From Candidatus Hydrogenedentota bacterium (GTDB lineage: Bacteria > Hydrogenedentota > Hydrogenedentia > Hydrogenedentales > JAEUWI01): a stretch of DNA of 64,000 bases. Below the pieces are notes generated by a model. The model made no database searches. It had not been told where the DNA came from and saw nothing but the letters and a program-made list of their open reading frames with translations. Each line of letters opens with the position of its first letter. The first letter of the stretch is position 1. Position numbers and translations under genes: made by a program. This document shows positions 46,723-56,808 of this stretch, piece by piece. The stretch covers positions 1 to 64,000 of the forward strand of contig JAXMOL010000032.1 in assembly GCA_034669905.1 (NCBI GenBank). Reading direction: 5' to 3'.

Positions 46723-48399
46723 ATGGGTGCCCGTGTCCTTCTATATGTTGTGCCAGGTTTGCCGCTACACGTGGAAGATCTGATGCCCCAAGCGCTTCCG
46801 GCCCGTTGCGCCGGCGTGCTCCGCGCACACGGTCACCGCGTCTTGATCGTCGACGACGGGACGGTAGACGCTATCGATAACGTCACCGATAGCACGCTCC
46901 AAACGCAACTCACCGAGCGCCTGGAAACGGCCAGCCCTGAAAAGCGCGCCTGGACCGCCCTTATCCCCACCGCCCGCACCGCCTATTACCGCGCGCTCGA
47001 CACCTGCCGGACGTTGCGAATCGAACGGGCATTGGCGGACAACACGGTCGGGCCCATTCCTCCCCAACTGGCCGTCATTTTTGCCCATCGGCGAAAAGAC
47101 CTGCGGGAGGGGCTGAAGCTTGCCACGGCACTGAAACACCGCTGGCCCGATTGCTGTGTGGCCCTGGCGGGTGAAATGGCCCGTAGTTTCGGACGGCAGA
47201 TTCTGACGCGCTGCGCGGCGGTCGACGCCATCTGTGGCACCGCGCCGGAAGCGGCTATTGCGGGACTCGCAGTACACTGGAACAACCAGGGCAACTGGCA
47301 TCAGATACCCGGGCTGCTCAGTCGTGCCGGAGAGCACGAATTGCAGGAAACCCCGTCGGCGACGACCATGCCCGCCCATGCCCCACCGATCTATCACCCG
47401 GAAGTCTATCCGGCTATATTGGACGGTGGAAAGTTCCGCCTGTTCACCCTGCGCCAGAGCGCGGGATATACACACATGGGGCATTATCGCGGGGGACAAC
47501 GCAACGCCATCCAGTCGCGCACGGTTCGACAACTCCGAGCGGAGATGCTGGCCCTGTATGAGCTCTTTGGCACGCGTACCTTCCACGTGGAGGGGGAGCA
47601 CACCCCGGAGCAAGCGATCATCGAACTGGCCAACGCCTGCCAGGGGCTTCCCTTTCCCGTCGACTACAGCCGAGACACCCACGTTTTTGAAATCCGGCCC
47701 AAGACCGTAGCCCACCTGTCGGCTTCCGGCTGCCGGGCGCTTCGTTTTTCCCTGTTAACCGGCAGTCAGATGACCTTGACGGATTACTTTGGTGAGAACT
47801 GGACCATCAGCCACGTGGACCGCTGCCTGCGCCTCTGTCGCGATGCGGGCCTCTATGTGCACGGCGATCTCATTCACCCGGTTCCCGTTGATGACTACCA
47901 CACGCGCGCCGAAACCATACGGCTGCTTCACCGGTGCCGTCCCGACGGGTTGCGTATCCATCTGCCCCGGTTGATTCCCGGGAGTGCCTGGCACCAGCAT
48001 GCGGCGGAATTCGAGTTTCTGGTGGACGCCAAACGGGTGGGATTGTGGACCGACGCACCCGACCTGGAATTGACCCGGGCCCAGGAAGCATCCTTATATC
48101 CCCACCGATTTGGTGGCGGCCAACGCAGCTCGGTCTTGCAGCGCCTCGCGTCCTTCGAAGCCGATCTGGAGCATTTCCCCGTACCCGTGGAAAGTGGATG
48201 CCAATCCGGCTTACTGGCCCGGGTATCAGGACACGTCGGCACCGAACAGCCCTATATCCAGGGGTTGGAACGGGCCGCGAAGACCTTGGATATTTCGGCG
48301 ATGCGGGAGTACGTTGACACGTTCAACATCCACGCGACGGCGACCATAAACACCCTCGATTTTCATCGAACCGCGGCCAAAAAAGTAGTGGGGAACTAA
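46723..48399 (+). CDS. B12-binding/radical-SAM-like protein lacking CxxxCxxC
   Basis: Class-B RS architecture (LRAHGHRV.I.D, VALAG, VDAI, IPGL, ASGC....F...TGS, PGS); QSAGYTHMGHYR replaces SRGCxxxCxxC. Confidence 0.7.
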   Translation: MGARVLLYVVPGLPLHVEDLMPQALPARCAGVLRAHGHRVLIVDDGTVDAIDNVTDSTLQTQLTERLETASPEKRAWTALIPTARTAYYRALDTCRTLRIERALADNTVGPIPPQLAVIFAHRRKDLREGLKLATALKHRWPDCCVALAGEMARSFGRQILTRCAAVDAICGTAPEAAIAGLAVHWNNQGNWHQIPGLLSRAGEHELQETPSATTMPAHAPPIYHPEVYPAILDGGKFRLFTLRQSAGYTHMGHYRGGQRNAIQSRTVRQLRAEMLALYELFGTRTFHVEGEHTPEQAIIELANACQGLPFPVDYSRDTHVFEIRPKTVAHLSASGCRALRFSLLTGSQMTLTDYFGENWTISHVDRCLRLCRDAGLYVHGDLIHPVPVDDYHTRAETIRLLHRCRPDGLRIHLPRLIPGSAWHQHAAEFEFLVDAKRVGLWTDAPDLELTRAQEASLYPHRFGGGQRSSVLQRLASFEADLEHFPVPVESGCQSGLLARVSGHVGTEQPYIQGLERAAKTLDISAMREYVDTFNIHATATINTLDFHRTAAKKVVGN

Positions 48400-48407
48400 C
48401 GCAGACT

Positions 48408-49652
48408 ATGAAGTCACATGCTGTCGTAGTTACGGGAATTGGCGTACTTTCCTGCAATGGATTGGGGCGGGAGGCCTATTGGGATGCGATCTCCAATGGT
48501 GTTTCCGGAATTCGACCGGTCACGCGCTTTGACGCTGGCGATCTCCCCTGCCAGATTGCAGGCGAATTGCTGGATTTCAATCCCGAAGACTTTATGAAGA
48601 AAAGCGTGGTCCGCAATTGGAACCGCCATGTGCATCAGGCGCTCGCCTGCTCACGCCTTGCGGTAGAAGATGCCGACCTGAAATCCGCCAAGTATGATCC
48701 CGAACGTATCGCCGTGGGCATTGGCACCAGCATTGGATCGCCCGATGAGGCCTACGAAGGCAGCCAGCTGGCCATGGAAACCTCGGGCTACAAAAAAATC
48801 AACAAGCTGGCCTCTTCGGCCTTCTCCGGCCACTCCGCGACGGTCCATGTTTCTGTCGACATCGGAATACGGGGCCCGGCTATCACGATATCCAGTGGCT
48901 GCGCCACGGGACTGGATGCCCTGATGTGGGGCTTCAATCAGATTCGCATGGGGCAGGTCGAAGCCGCGGTCGTCGGGGCCACCGAGTCCCCCATTTTCCC
49001 CCTCTCCATGGCGTCTGCCTGCTCGTTGGGCATCTTGTCCAAGCGCAATAACGAACCCCAATCGGCCATGCGCCCCTTTGATCGTCATCGGGACGGAATT
49101 GTGCTCAGTGAAGGGGCCTGCACGGTGGTGCTGGAGCGGGAAGACACGGCCCGGGCACGGGGCGCCCAGATTCTCGGCGTCGTCGCGGGTTGTGGCTCGG
49201 CCGCCGAAGGAACGAATCCCCTGATTCTGGACCGGGAAGGAAAATCCCTGGCGGATGCCATTGAGCGCACCCTCCGCAGTTCGGGCGTTACGACCCGCGA
49301 AATCGATTGCATACAGGCCCATGGGGTCTCTCTCGACATGTACGACCGGTGCGAGACCAATGCCTACAAACGGGTCTTTGGCGATGATGCCTACCGCATT
49401 CCCGTGAGTGCCGTAAAGTCAATGATCGGCCAATCCTATTCGGCTGGAGGACTGCTGGGATTCGCGGCCGCCCTCCTGTCGCTGAACCGGGACATTATCT
49501 CCCCCACCTTGAATCTGGATGACCCCGATCCCCTGTGTGATCTCGACTTCGTGCCCAAACTGGCCCGACTCAACGACGTGGGCGCCGCCCTGGTGGTAGC
49601 TATCAGCTTTGGCGGTACGCACAGCGCAACCATTGTCCGGAGAGCCGCCTGA
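48408..49652 (+). CDS. Beta-ketoacyl synthase (FabF/KAS-II-like, atypical)
   Basis: VVVTGIG, SGCATG (Cys), RPFD..RDG..LSEG, AHG (His), KSMIGQ, SFGG. Confidence 0.9.
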   Translation: MKSHAVVVTGIGVLSCNGLGREAYWDAISNGVSGIRPVTRFDAGDLPCQIAGELLDFNPEDFMKKSVVRNWNRHVHQALACSRLAVEDADLKSAKYDPERIAVGIGTSIGSPDEAYEGSQLAMETSGYKKINKLASSAFSGHSATVHVSVDIGIRGPAITISSGCATGLDALMWGFNQIRMGQVEAAVVGATESPIFPLSMASACSLGILSKRNNEPQSAMRPFDRHRDGIVLSEGACTVVLEREDTARARGAQILGVVAGCGSAAEGTNPLILDREGKSLADAIERTLRSSGVTTREIDCIQAHGVSLDMYDRCETNAYKRVFGDDAYRIPVSAVKSMIGQSYSAGGLLGFAAALLSLNRDIISPTLNLDDPDPLCDLDFVPKLARLNDVGAALVVAISFGGTHSATIVRRAA

Positions 49653-49654
49653 CT

Positions 49655-52183
49655 GTGTGGGATTATAATTACATAGGCACCTCGGTCTTGCTGGTAATGG
49701 CCGTCATTTCCAGCTGCCTGCTGGGCGGTGTCGTGTTTTTTCGGAATCCCGAGCGCACCACGCACAAGGCCTTTGCCGTCCTCACCCTGAATCTTGCGCT
49801 CTGGGCCCTGGGCGTGTTGCTGATCATACATTCGCACACCTACGACACGGCCCGGCTCTGGATCATGGTCACCTTCGGCGTGGCCACCTTTCTCCCCGCA
49901 ACCTTCTACCATTTCATTGGCCATTTCCCCGACCAGACCTTCCGCGGTATGCGGTGGTATCTCTACCTCCTCTTCGCTTCCGCCCTCGTCTTGACCGGAC
50001 TGGTCAACACGGAATGGTATATTCTCGATCTTCAGGTGAGTCCTTTCTCCCCGCCCAGCGTGGTCTATGGCCCCGTATTCAAGGCCTACACCCTGATGAT
50101 CGTGGCCACGCTGATCCTCATGTCCGCCAACCTCATCCGCAAACTGCGCCGTGCCGAAGGCATCGAACGCCGCCAGTTGGAGCATGTGCTGGGCTCCATC
50201 CTCGGTGGCCTCGGCTTTGCCATCGCCACCAACGTCATCGCCCCCTTCTTTGGTGTGGGCGATATGGAACTCTACGGACCCTGCTTTCTGGTTCTGATGA
50301 TGGCCGGTCTGGCCTACTCCATGATCCGGTATCACCTGCTTGATATCTGGTTCATCGTCTCCCGCACCACGACATACGCCATCGTCACGGCCGCTGTGTT
50401 CATCTTGTTCTCCTCGGTTGTTACCCTCGTAAATATCGTCCACCGGGTATTCCGCACGGCCGATACCCCCGCCTACGAGTACCTGGCCATCGCCCTGACC
50501 TCCCTGGTCGTCGCGATCATCATCCAGCCCCTCCGGGAACACGCCCAACTGCTTATCGATCGGGCCATTCGCCACCGCCGCTACGATACCGAGGCCCTTA
50601 CGCAACGGGTCAGCCGCCTGGCCAGTCAATTTGTTCAGCTCGATGACATCATGGAGCGGGTCTTCCTCGACTTTCGCCAGACGATGGGGGTCACTGGACT
50701 GCGGGTCCTCCTCGCCAGCCCCCAGGGCGATGGCAATCTGGTAGCCGCCTTCAGCACGCCCTTGGACAGTGGCACCCGTGCACGCAACTCGAATTTCGTG
50801 CTGGAATATATTCGAAAGAATCCCGAGCCGCTCATCCTGGATGAACTGGCGCACCAGGGCAGGACTCCCAATCGCCAACGGCTCATCCACCATATGGAAA
50901 GCCTGGGCGCACAGGTGCTTATTCCGCTGGTCACCAATTCCGGCGTCTTGGGGATGATCATCCTGCGCAAGAAAGAAAACGGCGACATTTACACCCAGGA
51001 CGATCAGCGGGTCTTTGCCACGGTCGCTGCGCCGCTCGCCGCCGCTATCGAGAATGCACGGCTTTATGGACGCCTGGAAGAACTGAACGTACACCTCGAA
51101 CTCATCTTGCGTAATATGCGGGGCACGGTCATCGCCGTAGATACCAAGGGGGTCATTACCACCATCAACCAGGAAGGCCGGTCCCTCTTTCCAGATATCG
51201 CGCCCGGTATGGCCCTGGGCGTCCTGGATGCCAAGGTGGCCCATCTTCTCCAGATGACACTGGACAACCGCCGTGGTATTCTGGATGTGGAAACGACGAT
51301 TTGTGGGGGCAAGACGGATGAGATTCCGGTGGCCATGTCCACCTCCTGTTTGGAGACACCGGAACAGAGCACCACGCTGGGAGCCATGGTACTCATTCAT
51401 GACATGACCCAGATCAAACGTCTGGAAAGCAATGTGCAGCGGGCGGATCGGTTGACGTCTATCGGTACGATGGCCGCTGGCATGGCCCATGAGATTAAGA
51501 ACCCGCTCCAGTCGATCAAGACCTTTACGCAGCTGCTCTTAGACCGCTACGACGATGCGGATTTTCGAATGACGTTTGCCGAAGTGGTACCGCCGGAAGT
51601 GGATCGTATTGACAACATTGTCACGCGGCTCCTCCACTTCGCCCGGCCCCAGCCCGTGTCATTCAACCTGCACGACGTCCGACAGATAATCCGCGAGGTC
51701 TTTGCGCTCGTGGAGAATCAGATGCACAAAGAAGGCATCGAGCTTCGCCTCCATCTCCCGGAAAAGCCGATAGGCGTCATGGCCGATGACCAGCAATTAC
51801 ACCAGGTGTTCCTGAATCTGGTGCTCAATGCCATAGAAGCCATGCGGGAGACCTCGTCCAACTTCATCGAGGTCCGCATCCAGACCGGCCTGACCCACCT
51901 CCAACAACCGGGCACCCAGGTACGCCACGACGTGCCCTGTGTCAAGGTGGTCATCTCGGATTCGGGCTGTGGCATTTCCCGCGAAAACCTGAAACAACTC
52001 TTCACGCCCTTCTTCACGACGAAAGCCGATGGCAGTGGCCTCGGGCTCTCGGTCGTGCATCGTATCATCACAGAACATCGCGGCATTATAGACGTCGACA
52101 GCAATCCCGGAGTCGGGTCATCCTTTACGGTGACGTTCCCGCTGGCCGGCAACACGGAATCCAAGGAAAGGGTCGGCACATGA
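49655..52183 (+). CDS. Multi-TM sensor histidine kinase (7TM-type N-terminus, GAF, PAS, HisKA, HATPase; PrsK-like)
   Basis: About 8-9 TMs, YSMIRYHLLDI, AIENARLY, MAHEIKNP, GSGLGL. Confidence 0.92.
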   Translation: MWDYNYIGTSVLLVMAVISSCLLGGVVFFRNPERTTHKAFAVLTLNLALWALGVLLIIHSHTYDTARLWIMVTFGVATFLPATFYHFIGHFPDQTFRGMRWYLYLLFASALVLTGLVNTEWYILDLQVSPFSPPSVVYGPVFKAYTLMIVATLILMSANLIRKLRRAEGIERRQLEHVLGSILGGLGFAIATNVIAPFFGVGDMELYGPCFLVLMMAGLAYSMIRYHLLDIWFIVSRTTTYAIVTAAVFILFSSVVTLVNIVHRVFRTADTPAYEYLAIALTSLVVAIIIQPLREHAQLLIDRAIRHRRYDTEALTQRVSRLASQFVQLDDIMERVFLDFRQTMGVTGLRVLLASPQGDGNLVAAFSTPLDSGTRARNSNFVLEYIRKNPEPLILDELAHQGRTPNRQRLIHHMESLGAQVLIPLVTNSGVLGMIILRKKENGDIYTQDDQRVFATVAAPLAAAIENARLYGRLEELNVHLELILRNMRGTVIAVDTKGVITTINQEGRSLFPDIAPGMALGVLDAKVAHLLQMTLDNRRGILDVETTICGGKTDEIPVAMSTSCLETPEQSTTLGAMVLIHDMTQIKRLESNVQRADRLTSIGTMAAGMAHEIKNPLQSIKTFTQLLLDRYDDADFRMTFAEVVPPEVDRIDNIVTRLLHFARPQPVSFNLHDVRQIIREVFALVENQMHKEGIELRLHLPEKPIGVMADDQQLHQVFLNLVLNAIEAMRETSSNFIEVRIQTGLTHLQQPGTQVRHDVPCVKVVISDSGCGISRENLKQLFTPFFTTKADGSGLGLSVVHRIITEHRGIIDVDSNPGVGSSFTVTFPLAGNTESKERVGT

Positions 52184-54099
52184 ACGTAATTCTCGTCATC
52201 GCGGAAACGGCGGCCGTTTGGGAATCACTGCGGGCGGCGCTACCGGACGGCGATCTCGTCCTCCATGAACGGGATGTCGCCACGGCCCGGCGCCGAATCA
52301 CCACCGTGGCAGTAGACGCTATCCTGCTCGACGAAAGCAGCTCGAAGGGTGAAGACTTCGTGGAAACCGTCAAGGACATGGCCCCGGGCATCCCCCTCGC
52401 CGTGCTTTCGGGCCGGGAAGACCTCCTTACCCAGGCGGCCCTGACCCGCGCGGGTGCCAATGCCATCGTCACAAAGCCCTTTTCCTGTGAAACATTGCAT
52501 GAAGCCATGGACTCCCTGTTACACACCACGATCTTGTCCGATGAGCCCCCCCGCTTGCCCGATGTCTCTCCCGCACCGCCCATGGGCCTGGTGCAGCACC
52601 AGATGGCCCTGCGATGGATCAGTCGCCTGGCCAATTGCCGGGGCGATGGGGAGCGCCTGGCGCGTCGGCTCATTGAAGGTACGCCCGACATTTTCGATAC
52701 GGTACGCTGCACCCTCCTGCTGGAGCGCCGTGGCACCGTACATGTGGCGGCGGCCCATGGCATGCCGGAGCACATTACGGAACAACTTCAGCTTTCCTTT
52801 GAACATGGTCTCATGCACTGGTTTGACAGCCATGCCTGCCTCTTCGACAGTTTCGCCATCCGCTCGGCACCGGAGGCCACCAAGGAACTCCGAATCTTGC
52901 GGGGTGTGCTTGCAGCGCCCCTTATGGACAAGGGGCTGGTTTTCGGCGCACTCGTATTGGGTGAAAAGGCCTCGGGGATGCCCTACAGCCAGGAAGAACG
53001 GGAGCTCCTGACCCTCTTCGCACGCTCCGTCGAAATACTTTTCGAACGGACCGATAATCGCTATGCCGCCACGGCGCCCGCCCTTCCCTCTCAGCAGGTA
53101 CTGAACAGTCTCCCAATGGGACTGATTACCGTGTCGGCGGATCGCAAGGTAGCCCTTCTCAATCATAACGCGGAGTCCATCCTGTCGGTCACACGACAAG
53201 ATGCGGTCGGCTCCAGCGTGCAAAAGCTGGGATCGGCCTTCGCCGACGTGGTTCTCCGGGCAATTGCCGATGGCGAGGTACGCAACAACGAGGTCATCCG
53301 GGAGCCCCGTTCCAACGTCAATCTGAGTGTGAACGTATCGCCTAACGAAGACGGGGGCGCCATTGTAACTTTTCTTCCCCAGCCGGAAGAGGGGATCAAG
53401 CACGAGGAATTGGCCTACAGCCCCTTCTGGGAGTATCTGTCTACCCGGGTTGCCCAGGAGATCAAGAACCCCATGGTGGCCATCAACACCTTTGCCCAGT
53501 TATTGCCCCGAAAGTATGAATCGGAGGAATTCCGTGATGCCTTCAGCCGGGTGGTGCAGCAGGAGGTCGAGCGGATCAACCGGGTTGTTGAAACCCTGTT
53601 TGAGTTTGCCCGCAACCCGAAACTGCGCCTCCAGCACTGTGATCTGAACGAAACGGTGCGCACGGTCCTGACCTCCTTTCAGCAGGAATTGGACAAGCAC
53701 TCCATCAAGCTTGCGCAGAACTATGACCCTCAGGTGACAGAAACGGACATGGATCCGGTATTCTTCTCACAAGCGTTGCACAATATTGTACAAAACTCTA
53801 TCGAAGCCATGCCGACGGGTGGTACCATACAGGTAAGTACTTCGAAACAGGCGGATAAAGTAGAAATTCGGGTTTCTGATTCGGGCCCGGGTATCTCACA
53901 GGAAGATTCCGATCTGGTCTTTCTGCCTTTTTACAGTACGAAAGAGCAAGGTATGGGATTGGGGCTGACTATTGCCAATCGCATTCTCCATCAACACCAG
54001 GGCGTCTTACGCTGGGTGTCTGATGATAAAAATGGCAACTATTTTGCCTTGGAGATTCCAACCTCGGAGTTAAGTCATGCAGACCATCCTGGCAATTGA
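52180..54099 (+). CDS. REC-GAF-PAS-kinase-like protein with phospho-His replaced by Gln
   Basis: VAQEIKNP H-box; N, G1, F and G2 boxes intact; degenerate REC N-terminus. Confidence 0.88.
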   Translation: MNVILVIAETAAVWESLRAALPDGDLVLHERDVATARRRITTVAVDAILLDESSSKGEDFVETVKDMAPGIPLAVLSGREDLLTQAALTRAGANAIVTKPFSCETLHEAMDSLLHTTILSDEPPRLPDVSPAPPMGLVQHQMALRWISRLANCRGDGERLARRLIEGTPDIFDTVRCTLLLERRGTVHVAAAHGMPEHITEQLQLSFEHGLMHWFDSHACLFDSFAIRSAPEATKELRILRGVLAAPLMDKGLVFGALVLGEKASGMPYSQEERELLTLFARSVEILFERTDNRYAATAPALPSQQVLNSLPMGLITVSADRKVALLNHNAESILSVTRQDAVGSSVQKLGSAFADVVLRAIADGEVRNNEVIREPRSNVNLSVNVSPNEDGGAIVTFLPQPEEGIKHEELAYSPFWEYLSTRVAQEIKNPMVAINTFAQLLPRKYESEEFRDAFSRVVQQEVERINRVVETLFEFARNPKLRLQHCDLNETVRTVLTSFQQELDKHSIKLAQNYDPQVTETDMDPVFFSQALHNIVQNSIEAMPTGGTIQVSTSKQADKVEIRVSDSGPGISQEDSDLVFLPFYSTKEQGMGLGLTIANRILHQHQGVLRWVSDDKNGNYFALEIPTSELSHADHPGN

Positions 54100-55462
54100 C
54101 GACGAAATCAGCATCCGCGAGTCCTACCGTATCATTCTCGGTGATACCTACCGGGTTTATCTGGCGGAAAGCGGCGAGGAAGGGTTGCGTCTCCTCCAGG
54201 AGAAGCACATCGACCTGATCCTGCTGGACCTCAGTATGCCCAAAATGGGCGGGATGGCCTTTCTTGAGGAATTGGAAAAGCGGGGCGAATTGGTGCCGAT
54301 TCTCATTGTGACCGGTTCCAACACGGTGGATATTGCCGTAAAAGCCATGAAAAAGGGCGCCCGCGAATTTGTCATCAAGCCCTTCGATGTGGATGACCTG
54401 CTCCTGTTGGTGGAACGCACCCTGGAAGAACTCCGCGAGAAGCGGGAACTGAGCACCCTTCGGGAGCAAGGGGTCGCCGGCTTTGAGCACATTATCGGTG
54501 ATGCTCCCCCGCTCCGGGAAGCGATCGCCGGGGCCCGTCAGGCGATGGAGGTGGATTCGACCGTATTGATCACGGGCGAAACCGGCACCGGAAAAGACGT
54601 GTTGGCCCGGGCCATCCATTTCGGCGGCACCCGCAAGAGCAAACCCTTTGTACCCCTCTCGTGCTGCGCCATTCCGGCCAACCTGGTGGAGAGCGAACTC
54701 TTCGGCCTGACCAAGGGCGCTTTCACCGGGGCCACGGAAAACCGCGTCGGGAAGATGCAGGTCGCCGATGGGGGCTCCCTCTTTCTTGATGAAATCGGCG
54801 AAATGCCCATTGAAGCCCAGGGCAAATTGCTCCGTGTCTTACAGGAAGGCACCTTTTACGCCGTGGGCGGAAACCGCGAGATCGAAGTGGATGTGCGCTT
54901 TATCTGCGCCACCAACCGCCCCTTCGACAAAGCCATCGAAGAAGGCCTGTTTCGACAGGACCTCTTTTATCGTATCAACGTCTTGCCCATAATCATGCCG
55001 CCCCTTCGAAAGCGCCGGGAAGACATCCCCAAATTGATCGCCCACTTCGTGGCCAAGCATGGCCCCCGGGTCAACTCCCGTGTGAAGGACTTCGAGCCCC
55101 GGGCACTTTCCCGCCTCATGTCGTGTCAGTGGCCGGGCAATGTGCGCGAATTGGAAAATACCGTCGAGCGTATTCTGGTGTGCAATCGCAGCGAATCGGT
55201 GATCAAGGCCGAATTCCTGAATGGCATCGTGGCCAGTGACGGAAGCACCGATGTGAATGCCCTGGAGGACTTCTCCGGACTCCCCTTGCAGGAAGCGACC
55301 CAGCGCCTTGAGCGCCATCTCATCAAGCAGGCCCTGGAACGGTGCGAATTCGTCCAGAGTCAGGCGGCCGAATCGCTGGGGACCACCCGACGCATCCTGA
55401 AATACAAGATGGACCAACTTGGCATCACCGATCCCAGCGACAAGCAGTCCATGGCGAGCTAA
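54077..55462 (+). CDS. Sigma54-dependent response regulator (NtrC/AtoC family)
   Basis: IDDE, LDLSMP, GETGTGKD, ESELFG..KGAFTGA, WPGNVREL, Fis-type HTH. Confidence 0.95.
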   Translation: MQTILAIDDEISIRESYRIILGDTYRVYLAESGEEGLRLLQEKHIDLILLDLSMPKMGGMAFLEELEKRGELVPILIVTGSNTVDIAVKAMKKGAREFVIKPFDVDDLLLLVERTLEELREKRELSTLREQGVAGFEHIIGDAPPLREAIAGARQAMEVDSTVLITGETGTGKDVLARAIHFGGTRKSKPFVPLSCCAIPANLVESELFGLTKGAFTGATENRVGKMQVADGGSLFLDEIGEMPIEAQGKLLRVLQEGTFYAVGGNREIEVDVRFICATNRPFDKAIEEGLFRQDLFYRINVLPIIMPPLRKRREDIPKLIAHFVAKHGPRVNSRVKDFEPRALSRLMSCQWPGNVRELENTVERILVCNRSESVIKAEFLNGIVASDGSTDVNALEDFSGLPLQEATQRLERHLIKQALERCEFVQSQAAESLGTTRRILKYKMDQLGITDPSDKQSMAS

Positions 55463-55825
55463 AGGGGCGAAGGTAGACCTCGAGCAAATCCAACTCGCTC
55501 GTTACGACAGCGCACGCAAGCACTTGCAAAAGGCCAACGTGCTGGCGGCTTGGCCACTATCGCTCAACGCAACCTTTGACAATTGGGAGCGCAGGCGACG
55601 CACCTGTCGACGTGCCGGATAACGCAACACCGCCGACGCACGGCCCTTCCCATGAGCCCGCAAGTGCGGATCACGGGCGGTGTCAGCCTTCGAGAGGGCA
55701 TGCCCCTTCTTCTATCTGCTATGATAGGGCCTTAAATTCGTTCCCTTCGCAGGTTGTTCGTGCCCGATTTCCCGAAATGGGCGCGTCACGATATTGATTT
55801 CCCGAAAACTAAGGAGAAGTGTTTT

Positions 55826-56725
55826 ATGAGTATCACCGTCGTCGGATCCGTTGGTCTGGACACTGTGGAAACGCCTTCGGGCAAGAACGAAGAAGGACTG
55901 GGCGGCGCGGCCGTCTATTTCAGTCTTGCAGCGGCCAACCTCACCCAGGTAAACCTGGTCGCCATCGTCGGTGACGATTTCCCCGAGGCCCACGTGGCGC
56001 TCCTCGAATCCAAGCACATCAATCTGGATGGGCTGGAACGGGCCGAAGGAAAGACCTTCCGCTGGACCGGCAAATACCACGACGATGTGAACGAACGGGA
56101 CACGCTGGATACGCAGCTCAACGTGTTTGCCGACTTCCACCCGAAAGTGCCCGAGGCCGCCTGCACGGCCCCCTATCTCTTTCTGGGCAACATCCACCCT
56201 TCCCTGCAGTTGGAAGTGTTGGACCAGGCGAAATCGGAATTTGTTGGTCTGGACACGATGAATCTCTGGATTGACATCACCCTGGACGATCTCAAGGCCG
56301 TGCTGAAGCGGGTGAACTGCCTCATTATTAACGACGGCGAGGCCAAGCAGCTCACGGGACAACTGAATCTCCGCGACGCCGCTAAGGATATCCAGGCGAT
56401 GGGTCCGGACATCGTGGTGATCAAAAAGGGCGAGCATGGCTGCATGCTTTTTGGGGCCGATGGCGAAATCTTTGCGATTCCCGCGTTCCCCCTGGAAGAG
56501 GTGAAAGACCCCACCGGTGCCGGCGATAGCTTCGCGGGCGGGTTCATGGGTTATATCGCCACCCAGGATGCCACGGACTTTGACACCCTGCGCCAGGCCG
56601 TGGTCTATGGCAGCGCCATGGCTTCCTTCACCTGTGAGGCCTTCGGACCGGACGCCCTTTCCACGGTCGACAAGGCCAAGCTGGAAGCGCGCTACACGGC
56701 CTTTCGCCAGTTGACGAACTTCTAA
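55826..56725 (+). CDS. PfkB-family carbohydrate/nucleoside kinase
   Basis: VVGS...D, LGGAA, KKGEHG, DPTGAGDSFAGG; AAGGAG SD. Confidence 0.92.
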   Translation: MSITVVGSVGLDTVETPSGKNEEGLGGAAVYFSLAAANLTQVNLVAIVGDDFPEAHVALLESKHINLDGLERAEGKTFRWTGKYHDDVNERDTLDTQLNVFADFHPKVPEAACTAPYLFLGNIHPSLQLEVLDQAKSEFVGLDTMNLWIDITLDDLKAVLKRVNCLIINDGEAKQLTGQLNLRDAAKDIQAMGPDIVVIKKGEHGCMLFGADGEIFAIPAFPLEEVKDPTGAGDSFAGGFMGYIATQDATDFDTLRQAVVYGSAMASFTCEAFGPDALSTVDKAKLEARYTAFRQLTNF

Positions 56726-56745
56726 GCCCCCCCCTTGAAACAACC

Positions 56746-56789
56746 CGGGCCCGGCCTCGCAACCTTTGTGCGATGCCGGACCCGTTTTT
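56746..56789 (+). terminator. Intrinsic terminator
   Basis: Imperfect CGGGCCCGGC...GCCGGACCCG stem followed by TTTTT. Confidence 0.55.
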
Positions 56790-56808
56790 CGTTCCGTCTC
56801 AGGGGGGA

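Noticed and set aside
49436..51490. 684-aa minus-strand ORF
   Set aside because: Antisense shadow of the motif-bearing kinase; expected in GC-rich DNA.
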